NCBI GenBank assembly: GCA_036125855.1
Contig: JAYZTT010000005.1
Span: 179,059 to 243,058 of the forward strand
Direction: 5' to 3'
DNA length: 64,000 nucleotides
Source: Planctomycetota bacterium
GTDB lineage: Bacteria; Planctomycetota; UBA8108; UBA1146
The position numbers and the translations under genes are program-made. Under the pieces are notes generated by a model that worked only from the letters and a program-made list of their open reading frames with translations, searched no databases and had not been told where the DNA came from. Positions 49,048 to 59,051 of this stretch are shown here, in pieces. The first letter of the stretch is position 1. Each line of letters starts with the position of its first letter.

Positions 49048-49809
49048 GTGATTCTCTTGGCTGGACATTCCAAATGGGCGGGAATCAAGCACAAGAAGGC
49101 TGCAAACGATGCCAAGCGCGGCAAGGTCTTCAGTAAAATTGCAAAGTTAATCACCGTCGCAGCCCGTGACGGGGGTGGCGATGTGGGACAAAACCCCTAT
49201 CTGAAACTGATGGTGGATAAAGCCAAATCCGCCAACATGCCCAACGACAACATCGATCGTGCGATAAAAAAGGGTACCGGAGAGCTGGATTCGGCGGCGA
49301 TCTCGGAGCTTGTCTACGAGGGATATGCCCCGGCTCAGGTGGCACTTGTCGTCGACATCTTGACCGATAATCGAAATCGTACCGCCAGTGAGTTGCGACG
49401 CCTGTTCGATAAAAAGGGTGGAACCCTGGCCAGCCCGGGAGCGGTCTCCTGGATGTTTGAAACCAAGGGGGTGATAGAAGTCCCGGCAAGTGCTATCGGA
49501 GAGGAAGAACTGATGGATCTGGTCCTCGATGCAGGGGCAGAGGACGTGAAATCAGAGGAAGAGCACCTCCAGGTCATCACCGATCCAACCACTTTCACCC
49601 AGGTCAGAGAGGCGATGGTGGCCGCAGAACTCGAGCCCTCTTATGCCGAGGTCACCCGGATACCGAGCACAACAGTCTCCATCGAAGATGAAAAGACCGC
49701 TGGAAAGGTTTTGGATTTCATTTCTGAAGTCGAGGACCACGATGACGTGAGCAAGGTCAGCTCAAACCTCGATCTCTCCCCTGAGATCCTCGAAAAATTC
49801 GGTGACTGA
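49048..49809 (+). CDS. yebC: YebC/PmpR-family probable transcriptional regulator
   Basis: AGHSKWAGIKHKKAANDAKRGKVFSKIAKLITVAAR. Start GTG 49048 or TTG 49057. Confidence 0.9.
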   Translation: MILLAGHSKWAGIKHKKAANDAKRGKVFSKIAKLITVAARDGGGDVGQNPYLKLMVDKAKSANMPNDNIDRAIKKGTGELDSAAISELVYEGYAPAQVALVVDILTDNRNRTASELRRLFDKKGGTLASPGAVSWMFETKGVIEVPASAIGEEELMDLVLDAGAEDVKSEEEHLQVITDPTTFTQVREAMVAAELEPSYAEVTRIPSTTVSIEDEKTAGKVLDFISEVEDHDDVSKVSSNLDLSPEILEKFGD

Positions 49810-49822
49810 TATTTTGTTCTGA

Positions 49823-50293
49823 TTAAAACGCATCTTTATCTGTGCGCTGGAAAAAGAAATCCCGAAAGTCCCTGATCGGGGTTCTCTCCGTAAACGACTC
49901 GTCGAGCTCGTGCCAGTACCGCACTTCTTCATCACCAGGTCTCCAGCAGAGGAATACCTTACGACCAACATACAGGGTCGGAAAATTGATCACTCCTCTT
50001 TTGAACTCCTGGACAAAGCAACCCAGATCCTCGATCTCACGGATGTAACCGTTGATTCGATCGATGAGAATATTCAGCTCCTGCTTCAAATCCTGAGCAT
50101 TCTGCTGAGACTCTCCGGAGGCATCACGATCCGGGTTCTTTTCCAGACACTCGAGTTCGGTCCGCTTCTGAATGATACCGTCCCAAACCTGGACGATGTC
50201 AACCACGACCTTCTCGACCAGAGGTAACATCAGGTTGGCCTCACCAATGGTAACGAGCCGGCTTTGACCTTTTGTACTGCTACGGGGGCGCAT
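49823..50293 (-). CDS. Hypothetical protein (possibly DUF2203-like)
   Basis: Start trimmed to ATG 50293 with a GGAGAGAG RBS. No family confidently recognised. Confidence 0.5.
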   Translation of the reverse strand: MRPRSSTKGQSRLVTIGEANLMLPLVEKVVVDIVQVWDGIIQKRTELECLEKNPDRDASGESQQNAQDLKQELNILIDRINGYIREIEDLGCFVQEFKRGVINFPTLYVGRKVFLCWRPGDEEVRYWHELDESFTERTPIRDFRDFFFQRTDKDAF

Positions 50294-50578
50294 CGCTCTC
50301 TCCGTTCCGTTCCGGGTTCTAGATAAGAGGAATATGGCAAGTGCCGTGCCTGTATAGAATGTGCCCCAGAACCGCAAAACCGCCATTTTGAGTACCAGTT
50401 CGGTACTTCAGGACCCAAAGATGTCTAACGGTTAGACGGCCCCACCGGTTGACTTCCACCCCTGAGGGCTCGATAACCACCGTCTCGGGGGGAATGAAAC
50501 ACGAGATCATTGACTACCAGGATCCGCGTTACAAATCGCAACAGACCACCGATGAAGCCGATATCAAGGGGATACTCG

Positions 50579-52960
50579 ATGAGCAACCGCAGAGGGACAT
50601 TGCTGGTTCCCTTCCGAATCGTTCAGATCATCTCTGCCCTGCTGATTCTGACCTCCGGACAACTCATGCTGGCCCAAGATGCTGGCCGCGACGTCATCTC
50701 AGAGATTCGTCTGCAGGGACTTGACCGCCTCGGAAGTGCAGAGGTCCTCGCCCGCATGAAGGTTCGCGCTGGAGATCCCTGGAGTGCCGAGGAACTCGAT
50801 GCCGAATATCGTCGTCTCTGGGCCAGCGGTGATTTCATATCCATCGACCCTCCAGTGATCGAGAGAACCCCCGAAGGAGTTCTCATCACGATACGGATTC
50901 TGGAGAGGAAACCGATCCACGAGGTTGTCTTTGAGGGAGCAGACGATCTCTCAGAAAACGCAGCTCAGGATGCCATCAGGACCGAAAAGGATCAGCTCTA
51001 CGATCCTCTCTTCGTCCGTGAGGATGTCGATACCCTTCGTGGCCTCCTGCTGGAGAAGGGGCATCCCTACGCCAGAGTAGGTAGTCGAATTGAGGAGTCC
51101 GATGCGGGCCTTCTGGTGATTTTTGAAATCGATGAGGGACCCGAGGTCAACATTCACTCCATCGATTTGAAAGGCAACGGGAGTCTTCCAGCCAGCGAAA
51201 TCTTGCCCCTCATGAAACTACGTACCAGTTCATTTCTGGGGCTGATGAGTAGCGGTAACTTTGACCCTCGACTACTTGAGCCAGATCTGGAGCGAATTCG
51301 TGAATACCTGGTCGTAAAGGGATTCTTTGATGCGGAAGTGTCACTGGACCGACTGGAATTCGAGGATGATCTTGAACAGATGCGACTTGTCATAGAGATC
51401 AATGAAGGTCCCAGATACCGGATAGGATCGGTCGAGTTTCAAATGGCGGGAGAATCTCTGATCCCCGAGTCAACCCTCAGAGATACCCTGCAGATAGGGC
51501 CAGGAGACCTCTGGGACGGTGAAATCGTCAAGCAAGATTCTGATCTCCTGCGCAAGCTATACAGTGAGCAGGCTTATATGGACGCGGCGATCACTCCCTC
51601 AGTGATCTATCCCCTCGAGGGAGAGGATGTCATCCTCCGCTACCAGATTTCGGAAGGCCAGAAGATCTATGCCGAGGAGATTGAAATCCGCGGCAACGCA
51701 GCCACCAAGGATGAGGTCATTCGGCGACAAATTGAGATCTACCCCGGAGAAGAGCTGTTCCCCGACAAGATCATGGACAGTTTCAGCAGCCTTTCTCGTC
51801 TGCAGTACTTCCAGGAGATCAGACCCTTATTCGGTAACTCAGATGATCCACAGGAGCGTCCTGTAATTTTCGAGTTGCTCGAGGGACCCACTGGCCGCGC
51901 ATTGTTCGGGGTCGGCTATTCCAGTGGCCGAGGTGTCGTCGGAAACCTCCACATCGAGAAGCGAAATTTTGACATCACGGATGTGCCAGATTCTCTTTCT
52001 GATCTGCCCAGTTCCTTCTCCGGAGGAGGACAACGACTGGTTCTCGAAGCGCAACCCGGCACTCAGTACTCTCGTTATCGTCTGCAATTCGAGGAGCCGT
52101 ACCTGATGGGGTCACAGAACTCTCTACGGCTAGCGGCCTATCGATCGGTACTTCTACGCCTGGACTACATCGAAGATCGAAATAGTGCCGGCATCTCCGT
52201 CGGTAGACTTTTCAGCCAGGAGCACAAGATTCGCGGAGAGGTCGGCTTCCGACGTGAAAAAGTTTCGATTAATGAAGTGTCCGATGTTGCTCCTTCGGTG
52301 GTCGTCGAGAGTGCTGGTATAACCAGGCTAAATGCCCTCGACTTTGAATTCGATTGGGATCAGAGGGTTTACCGACCTGTGATCGGGGTTGTAGATGGCT
52401 GGTACCTGGAGGCAAATTACACCCATACCGGCGGCCCAATCGGCGGCGAACTTGACCTGATAAAATTCAACATGGGTACCGGCTGGTTCAAAACCATCTT
52501 TCAGGAGTCCGAAGATCTTAGACACATCTTCGCGATTCGGACCAACATCGGTTGGGCTGATCCCTATGGAGACACCGACTTTGTACCGGTCTATGAGAGG
52601 TACTACCTCGGAGGTCAGAGAAGCCTGAGAGGGTTCGATTACAGGGGCGCTGGGCCATCGGAAAACGGCAGGGAAATTGGCGGAACGATTCGCCATCGCG
52701 GATCCGCCGAATACACCTGGCCGCTGCTGGAAAATACCCTGCGTGGCATAGTCTTTACCGATTTTGGAAATCTGTCTGAAGACAAAGCCTCTTTCTCTTT
52801 CGACGAATATCGTGTTGGAGTTGGCGGGGGTGTTGTCTTGAATGTACCGATTTTTGGCCAACCACTCCCCATCTCGATCACCTGGACCGAAGCGGTGAAG
52901 AGCCAGGAAGGCGATCGGCTCCAGGAGTTCCTAATCGATCTGGGCTGGTTCCTTTACTAA
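50579..52960 (+). CDS. bamA: Outer membrane protein assembly factor BamA (Omp85 family; POTRA repeats + beta-barrel)
   Basis: Signal peptide after MSNRRG. Repeated POTRA-like modules. C-terminal surface-antigen barrel ending in aromatic residues (WFLY). Confidence 0.9.
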   Translation: MSNRRGTLLVPFRIVQIISALLILTSGQLMLAQDAGRDVISEIRLQGLDRLGSAEVLARMKVRAGDPWSAEELDAEYRRLWASGDFISIDPPVIERTPEGVLITIRILERKPIHEVVFEGADDLSENAAQDAIRTEKDQLYDPLFVREDVDTLRGLLLEKGHPYARVGSRIEESDAGLLVIFEIDEGPEVNIHSIDLKGNGSLPASEILPLMKLRTSSFLGLMSSGNFDPRLLEPDLERIREYLVVKGFFDAEVSLDRLEFEDDLEQMRLVIEINEGPRYRIGSVEFQMAGESLIPESTLRDTLQIGPGDLWDGEIVKQDSDLLRKLYSEQAYMDAAITPSVIYPLEGEDVILRYQISEGQKIYAEEIEIRGNAATKDEVIRRQIEIYPGEELFPDKIMDSFSSLSRLQYFQEIRPLFGNSDDPQERPVIFELLEGPTGRALFGVGYSSGRGVVGNLHIEKRNFDITDVPDSLSDLPSSFSGGGQRLVLEAQPGTQYSRYRLQFEEPYLMGSQNSLRLAAYRSVLLRLDYIEDRNSAGISVGRLFSQEHKIRGEVGFRREKVSINEVSDVAPSVVVESAGITRLNALDFEFDWDQRVYRPVIGVVDGWYLEANYTHTGGPIGGELDLIKFNMGTGWFKTIFQESEDLRHIFAIRTNIGWADPYGDTDFVPVYERYYLGGQRSLRGFDYRGAGPSENGREIGGTIRHRGSAEYTWPLLENTLRGIVFTDFGNLSEDKASFSFDEYRVGVGGGVVLNVPIFGQPLPISITWTEAVKSQEGDRLQEFLIDLGWFLY

Positions 52961-52994
52961 CTATCCTGCCGATTCCATGAGCATCAGCGGAGCA

Positions 52995-55301
52995 CTACTT
53001 CCCCTCGTCGCAGGCCCACCACGACTGGAATCCAGGAGGTGGCAATACCCAGGAGATATCCGAGAAGTCGACTTCTGTTGCAACACCATTGAGATCTACA
53101 ACCAGACGCTGTTTTTCCTTGTTGATCTTTTTCACTTCACAGACCTGTTGCAGCCGAGGAACAAAAACTGGATCCCCTTTGCTGAGGCCACGTGCTGTCT
53201 CGAGACGTCTCTGGGATAGTCGAGTTTCATCGAGGGACACTTGAAGCACTTCACGCGCTGAAGAAAGCGCATGCCCCCTATCTCCGGTCAATTCGCCAAT
53301 CTGATCGAGTGCCTCGCCAATCTTTTTGACTGCAGCTGCAATTCGGTCTTCTTCCAATCTTTCAAGCTCGTACTCGGTAGCTCCCCGGATGCGCTGGGCT
53401 TCTTGCTCCTGGCGAGCTGCCTCTTGCTGATGATTTCTGGCCAGTTCCAGATGGTTCTCTGCCTCCCGAACGCGTCTCTCCAGATCTTTCTGTGAGCGTT
53501 GCATCGCATCGATTACTTCAGAATCGATGACCGAGTCCTCCTGGCTTCGTTCTCTGGCACGTTCAACCACATCCACGGGCATTCCGATGCGCTCGGCAAT
53601 CACCAGAGCATTTGATCTCCCAGGAAGTCCAACCAGCAATCGAAATGTCGGAGCCAGAAGATCTGGGTCGAATTCCATCGACGCATTTTCACACTTCTTG
53701 CGGCGATAGGCGTATTCCTTCAATCGCCCCAGGTGAGTCGTGACCACCGTCAAGGTGCCACGTTCATACAACTTATCGAGAACCGCCTCGGCCAGAGGTG
53801 CCCCCTCTTGCGGATCGGTACCGGAACCGAGTTCATCGAGGAGAACCAGGCTCTTGCTCGAACAGGTCTGCAGAATTTCAGAAACGATGGTCACGTGGGA
53901 AGAAAATGTCGACAGGTCCTGTTGCAGACTCTGTTCATCCCCGATGTCTGCCAGGATCTTCTCAAAAATGGGAATTCTCGTACCCTTGTTTGCAGGAATC
54001 GGAATTCCACAGGCAACCATCAGCGATAACAGTCCAACGGTTTTCAGCACCACAGTTTTTCCGCCGGTATTCGGTCCTGTCACAATTACCTGATAGCAGG
54101 AGGGAGTAAGTGCGATATCGAGCGGGACCACCGCACGCCTGACTTCCTCAAGATCCATCGATTGATTCGCGTCCTGCCCATGCTCTCTCCACATCAATAG
54201 TGGATGGCGAGCCCCCTTCAGTTCGAGCTCTCTCCCCTCCTCCAGTTCGGGCGCAATGCAGCCGAGAGCATCTGCGAATCGAGCCCGAGCCTGTGCCGCA
54301 TCTAGCTCGACGAGCTCATTCCATAGCTGCAGGATCAACTCTCTGCGTAGATGTACCTGCCGTGTCAACTCTGCCAGGATCCTGCGAATCTCCTGAAGTT
54401 CAGCATCATCGATTCTCTGAACCTGATCCCCCCAGCGAACTACCGGTTCCGGCTCAACAAAAAGTGTTTGTCCTGAAGAGGACTCTCCGTGAATCACTCC
54501 CCGCACCAGATTCCGGCACTCCGCCCTGACAGCCCAACAGAGACGTCCATGTCTTGGTGTGACAACATTTCCCTGAAGTGCCTTTCGCCATGGAGATCGG
54601 TCGGCGTTTTCATCGAACCAGTTCCGTATCTTTCTGGTGGTGCTTTGCGACTCCTTGCGCAATTTCGCCAGTTCCTCGCTCGCTCCATCGAGAATCTCAC
54701 CGGTAGCAGCCAGCGAGTTCTCCAGAGCCTGCCTCAGCTCAGGCAAATCCTGGAGGCGCTCCGATCTTTCGGTGAGTCTTGGACTATCCTCTCCCGGCAA
54801 GCTCGTTTTCAGTCCGCGAGATCGGTCGAGGACTTTCCACACGGAAACCAGCGAAATCCCGTCCAGCACGCCTTTACTCTTGACCGCATCCTCACCGATC
54901 ACCGACTTGAGGTCGGCGATGTCCTCGATCTGTAATCGTAATCCCGCTGCCAGTCGAACTCGCAATTCTTCTGTTTCATCGAGCCAGGCGCGTGCCTGCT
55001 CCATCGAGGTGGTCGGAGTCATGCGGATCTGATGCTCTTTACCAACGCGAGAAGAAGCAAAACCGGCAACTCGTTTCAATAACTCAGGGAGGTCGAGTCG
55101 CCTGCAGGTATCTTGCAAAACTTCTGAACTAATACGTGCAGGGATCCGGCGGTGGGATTCCGGGGCGGTAGATTCACGGTGGGCTCTGCCGCGCCTGTTT
55201 CTGGATTTCTGACGACCATCCTGTTGGTCCTGCTGCCCGTCCAACGATCCACCTCTCAACATCCCGATGTCTTCCACCGCTCCGATGTGATGGCAAATCA
55301 A
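52995..55301 (-). CDS. mutS2: MutS2-family ATPase with C-terminal KOW-like domain but no Smr nuclease domain
   Basis: ITGPNTGGKTVVLKT Walker A, DELGSGTDP, TTH. C-terminus GDPVFVPRLQQVCEVKK...VVDLNGV is KOW-like and ends without Smr. Arg-rich N-terminal extension in the ORF call. Confidence 0.85.
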   Translation of the reverse strand: MICHHIGAVEDIGMLRGGSLDGQQDQQDGRQKSRNRRGRAHRESTAPESHRRIPARISSEVLQDTCRRLDLPELLKRVAGFASSRVGKEHQIRMTPTTSMEQARAWLDETEELRVRLAAGLRLQIEDIADLKSVIGEDAVKSKGVLDGISLVSVWKVLDRSRGLKTSLPGEDSPRLTERSERLQDLPELRQALENSLAATGEILDGASEELAKLRKESQSTTRKIRNWFDENADRSPWRKALQGNVVTPRHGRLCWAVRAECRNLVRGVIHGESSSGQTLFVEPEPVVRWGDQVQRIDDAELQEIRRILAELTRQVHLRRELILQLWNELVELDAAQARARFADALGCIAPELEEGRELELKGARHPLLMWREHGQDANQSMDLEEVRRAVVPLDIALTPSCYQVIVTGPNTGGKTVVLKTVGLLSLMVACGIPIPANKGTRIPIFEKILADIGDEQSLQQDLSTFSSHVTIVSEILQTCSSKSLVLLDELGSGTDPQEGAPLAEAVLDKLYERGTLTVVTTHLGRLKEYAYRRKKCENASMEFDPDLLAPTFRLLVGLPGRSNALVIAERIGMPVDVVERARERSQEDSVIDSEVIDAMQRSQKDLERRVREAENHLELARNHQQEAARQEQEAQRIRGATEYELERLEEDRIAAAVKKIGEALDQIGELTGDRGHALSSAREVLQVSLDETRLSQRRLETARGLSKGDPVFVPRLQQVCEVKKINKEKQRLVVDLNGVATEVDFSDISWVLPPPGFQSWWACDEGK

Positions 55302-55316
55302 TCCGGGTGAGCAAGG

Positions 55317-56645
55317 CTACTCTTCGATACGAAGCCGATCGCTACTTTGCAGGAGTTCCATTACCCGCTCCATGCACTGCTCTGCCGACACATCGGTTGG
55401 TACCCTGATCGTACCCCCTCCACGCAGTCCCGGAAGAGCTTCGCTGAAACGTCGAGTCAGACTCTCCACTGCACCTTGCTCTGGTTGATCGAGAAGAATC
55501 CACAGACGCTGGCCTGCAACTTCCATCCAATCGCTTCCTCTGAGTAATTCTCTGGCGGTGGAAACCAGTTCCTGGCAACCCTCAGGAGATTCCAGAAGTA
55601 GTACCCCAGGCACCCCGCCACGACGTTTCGCAGAGTTCAATCGAGTCGCCAGGAGACGACAGAATCGGTCCTGTGGATCTTCCACGAGGGGTGTACCATC
55701 CCCGGCAACCCTGGGTATCAACTGCTCGATCAACGGCACCAGGCTGAAGGTATTCCAGAACTCTTTGCGGCCCTCGGTGGTATTTCTGGCGAGAAAACCA
55801 AGCCAGGACTCCGAAATCGGAAATCCGAAGAAGGGTCCCAGAGAACCAACGGTGGTCGGAATCGGTTCGCCAGTATCGATCTCATCGCCTACCGACCGTA
55901 ATACGCTTCCCGGATCCTTCCCTCCGACCTTCACCTCGATTCCATCCGCGGCATTCTTCAGTTCCACCCAGCCGAGAAAGGCCGGATCCTCGACCACCCA
56001 GCGTCGTAGTGCTTCGCTGGTCGAGTCGCCATTCTTGCGAGCTTCCAGCAGGGCTCGAATCGCCGAGATCGTATCGGGACGAGCATCGATTGGTGCCGTG
56101 GCAAGTGGTGGCGGTTCGGGCACAGGGGAAACGAACTTCTCACGACGATGTTCAGAAATGGTCGGAGGATGTTCTCCCTGCAATAGACTTTCGATGACAT
56201 CCGCATTTTTCAACTGGGTGATGGGCCGTGGAAGTTGCCACAGGTTCCCCTCAAAGCCCGGATCTCCCCCATCCCTGAGCAGGGCCACCGGAATTCCTTC
56301 GGCGAATTGCTCCAGTTCCTGGTCCAGCGGTAAAAAGGATTCACTGACGATCATCGCGCAAAATTCATGCATCGGACTGGCAACCGGTTTTCGCATCTGA
56401 TGAAGGGGCAGGATCGTCACCCGGTCAGATAGCCACTCGTGCAGCTCAGCGGCTTCCTCTGCACTTGGAGTGTAAAACAGCAGTACCGGGCCCGAATCGA
56501 CGGGCAAATCCAGGGAATCGATTCGCAGCGCCTTCCACTCCTCCGCGGTGAGATTCTGACGCACCTGATCGAGCGGATTCTGTGGCGACCCCGATGGCCC
56601 GATAAGATCATCGATGCTCTGTTCCGGTGGTTCAGAATCGGTCAT
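55317..56645 (-). CDS. Hypothetical 442 aa protein (possible degenerate receiver-like N-terminal fold)
   Basis: No recognisable motif. Alternating hydrophobic beta-like / helical pattern in the first 120 aa. Co-directional with VWA and FHA genes upstream. Confidence 0.55.
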   Translation of the reverse strand: MTDSEPPEQSIDDLIGPSGSPQNPLDQVRQNLTAEEWKALRIDSLDLPVDSGPVLLFYTPSAEEAAELHEWLSDRVTILPLHQMRKPVASPMHEFCAMIVSESFLPLDQELEQFAEGIPVALLRDGGDPGFEGNLWQLPRPITQLKNADVIESLLQGEHPPTISEHRREKFVSPVPEPPPLATAPIDARPDTISAIRALLEARKNGDSTSEALRRWVVEDPAFLGWVELKNAADGIEVKVGGKDPGSVLRSVGDEIDTGEPIPTTVGSLGPFFGFPISESWLGFLARNTTEGRKEFWNTFSLVPLIEQLIPRVAGDGTPLVEDPQDRFCRLLATRLNSAKRRGGVPGVLLLESPEGCQELVSTARELLRGSDWMEVAGQRLWILLDQPEQGAVESLTRRFSEALPGLRGGGTIRVPTDVSAEQCMERVMELLQSSDRLRIEE

Positions 56646-56741
56646 CGAAAAATCTCCTCAGGAAAAGAAATGTGGCCAGGACCGCTAGATGAGACCGCTT
56701 CCAGGCACTGGGGTCAACCGAGAGGGTTCAGGCCAGGTCAA

Positions 56742-57959
56742 TTAACGGATCTCGGTATAGCGTCCGTGGTTGCGCTGGGCCAGACCACGAAGAAACTCGC
56801 GAGCCCTTGCCTCATCCTGGTTCGGCGCATCTCCAGCGAAAAATCCGATACAGTGAATTCGGGTACCGCGATAGCGATTCCAGCTCTGAATCGCATCCAG
56901 GATGAGCGGCGAGGAGGTTTCGGTCCCCACCGTCGGACTGCCATCCGAGAGCAGATAGACCGTATCGACTTCCCGGTCGGCGAATGCGTGTTCCAGAGCA
57001 CCGTAGGTATTGGTCTCTCCACCAGCCCTGAGAGCTCCGACAAATCGGATCGCCTTTTTCAGATTCGATGCTTTTGCTTTGACCAGTTGCGGCGAAAATC
57101 TCTCTGTTTCTTCCGAAAACCCAATCACCGAAAACCGACTCTTGGGATCGAGCCCACCCTCGAGTACTCGTTTCAACTGGTTGCGCGCGATCTCGATCCT
57201 GGATCCACCGACCTCTGTCGAGGCGAGCATGCTGCCGGAAACATCGAGTAAAAATACCACTCGTTCGCTGACGATCTCTCCATAGAGACCATCCTTTACC
57301 GCCGTCGGAAGGCTCTTTCTCTGCTCCTCCGTGGCATCGGGCACCAGCGATGGATCCCAGTCTTCACGGGATTCTTCCCACCAGATGGACCAGGCCGAAG
57401 GATCGAGAGATAGGGGCTGGCCGGTCAAGACCTTCAGTACGTCGCGGATATCTTCTCTGAGTCTCCCCTCGACTTCCGGCATTTTTTCAACCAGCGCGGA
57501 TACGGAAGTCGCAACCGGATGATCACGGAGCCCACGTACCGCCTCGGCGATCACCACCCATTCTCGATCCTCGAGCCGGAGTATCAGTTCAGGATGAGCC
57601 AGCGATTTTGGCCATGAGCGGATGACCCTCAAGGCGTCGAGGCGACGAAAACCATCTCGAGATTTGCGAGCAGCCAGTCGGATCGCGGATCGAGCCTCTT
57701 CTGATTCAAGGGTCCGAGCCAGACGCAGCGCTTCTTCATGCACAAGCAAGCTTTCATGCGGTAAGCCATACCGCAGGAACAATTCAGCACTCTCCTTCTG
57801 ATCGTATTGCCCCAGCAGCTCCAGGGCATCGCAGATGCGAGATTCGTCACGCTTCTGGATTGCCGCGAGTAACTCCGATTTCACCTCCTCGAAATCGCCA
57901 GTCACCGGTGAAGTTGTCAGGAATAGAAGAGAACTCAGGGTCAGAAAAAGTACCGTCAT
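56742..57959 (-). CDS. Secreted HEAT-like repeat + von Willebrand factor A domain protein
   Basis: Signal peptide. PBS-lyase-type HEAT-like repeats (inferred). MIDAS VVFLLDVSGSM plus downstream T and D residues. Confidence 0.8.
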   Translation of the reverse strand: MTVLFLTLSSLLFLTTSPVTGDFEEVKSELLAAIQKRDESRICDALELLGQYDQKESAELFLRYGLPHESLLVHEEALRLARTLESEEARSAIRLAARKSRDGFRRLDALRVIRSWPKSLAHPELILRLEDREWVVIAEAVRGLRDHPVATSVSALVEKMPEVEGRLREDIRDVLKVLTGQPLSLDPSAWSIWWEESREDWDPSLVPDATEEQRKSLPTAVKDGLYGEIVSERVVFLLDVSGSMLASTEVGGSRIEIARNQLKRVLEGGLDPKSRFSVIGFSEETERFSPQLVKAKASNLKKAIRFVGALRAGGETNTYGALEHAFADREVDTVYLLSDGSPTVGTETSSPLILDAIQSWNRYRGTRIHCIGFFAGDAPNQDEARAREFLRGLAQRNHGRYTEIR

Positions 57960-58612
57960 TCCTCGCTCCCTGCCTGTCGGCCGAACTGCTCTGCATCCAG
58001 TTCCTGTTCGACGATCTTGCGGGTGCGCGATCTCAACTCCGCGCCATCGGCAGACTCTTCAAGAATCTGTTCACTGATCATTCGGTCGAGTGCCCGGGTC
58101 AACGCATTTCTCACGGGAGACTGGTTGCGAATCAGCAAGGTGACCAGTTCATCGACCAGATGATCCGTTGCCATCTCGGCCAGCAAGCCCGGCGCCCTGG
58201 CAGCACTCCGTTCCAGTTCTTCTCCCGCCCTTGGAAGGTCCTTCGTTTCATCGGAGGCGATCTCGATCAATTGCTCTATCCGATCAGGATTTCGTTGATC
58301 CTTCAGCTCGACGGTCGCCAGATCCGTACCGGAACCGACCAGCAGCACGCATACCGATCCCAGTTCAATCACTTCTCCCTCGGTAATCGACTGGACCTCG
58401 ATGGGATTCCCGGCGACGAACGTACCATTGGAACTTCCGAGATCCGCGACCACCACTCTTCCGGCATCCATCGTGATGGCGCAATGCTGTCGACTCAGCA
58501 GCGGATCCTCGAGTTTCACGGTACAACTGCGCGATCTTCCCAGGGTGATGGTTCCCTCGTCGAGGAACACCTGTCGGGGAGAACCGTCGTGGATCAACAA
58601 TCGCAAACTCAT
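57956..58612 (-). CDS. FHA domain protein
   Basis: ITLGRSRSCTVKLEDPLLSRQHCAI...SSNGTFVAGNPI canonical FHA (G-R, S-x-x-H, N-G). 4 nt overlaps on both sides. Confidence 0.8.
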   Translation of the reverse strand: MSLRLLIHDGSPRQVFLDEGTITLGRSRSCTVKLEDPLLSRQHCAITMDAGRVVVADLGSSNGTFVAGNPIEVQSITEGEVIELGSVCVLLVGSGTDLATVELKDQRNPDRIEQLIEIASDETKDLPRAGEELERSAARAPGLLAEMATDHLVDELVTLLIRNQSPVRNALTRALDRMISEQILEESADGAELRSRTRKIVEQELDAEQFGRQAGSEE

Positions 58613-59031
58613 TCGTTACCGCTTTCTACAAAGATCGAATCTTCAGCGAGAAAAAAGTCCGGTAGACGCCTGGGACGACCGCGATCTCCATCGATGCATG
58701 CCAGCATGGTGCGACCGGTGCACACCAATTTTCCGTCGGGAGAAGTGACGGTATAACCGATCTCCAGACGCGCACCCCTTGCTGCAATCAATCGAGTCTC
58801 GATCTCCAGGAGATCATCGTAGAGGGCGGGATGGTGATAATTCACCTCGACTTCAGATACCAGTAATCTGACGCCTTCTTTCTCCAGTTCACGGTAAGGC
58901 TTACCAAGTTGACGCAGCCACTCGGTTCTCGCCGTCTCGAACCAGACCACATGCCGGGAATGGTGAGCGATTCCACCCTGATCGGTTTCCTCATATCTCA
59001 CCCGTACGGTGGTAACTCCCGATCCGCTCAT
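58609..59031 (-). CDS. Acyl-CoA thioesterase, 4HBT/YbgC hotdog family
   Basis: VRYEETDQGGIAHHSRHVVWFE matches the YbgC/FadM motif. Confidence 0.8.
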   Translation of the reverse strand: MSGSGVTTVRVRYEETDQGGIAHHSRHVVWFETARTEWLRQLGKPYRELEKEGVRLLVSEVEVNYHHPALYDDLLEIETRLIAARGARLEIGYTVTSPDGKLVCTGRTMLACIDGDRGRPRRLPDFFLAEDSIFVESGNE

Positions 59032-59051
59032 CCGGACCTCCTTCTCGCGCC

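Noticed and set aside
48241-49154. Three long minus-strand ORFs (205-283 aa) over the AKK repeat region
   Set aside because: They are artefacts of the tandem nucleotide repeats (poly-Leu/Phe/Ala or Ser/Trp/Arg-Pro periodic translations). The sense frame encodes a coherent histone-like tail with an upstream domain and RBS.
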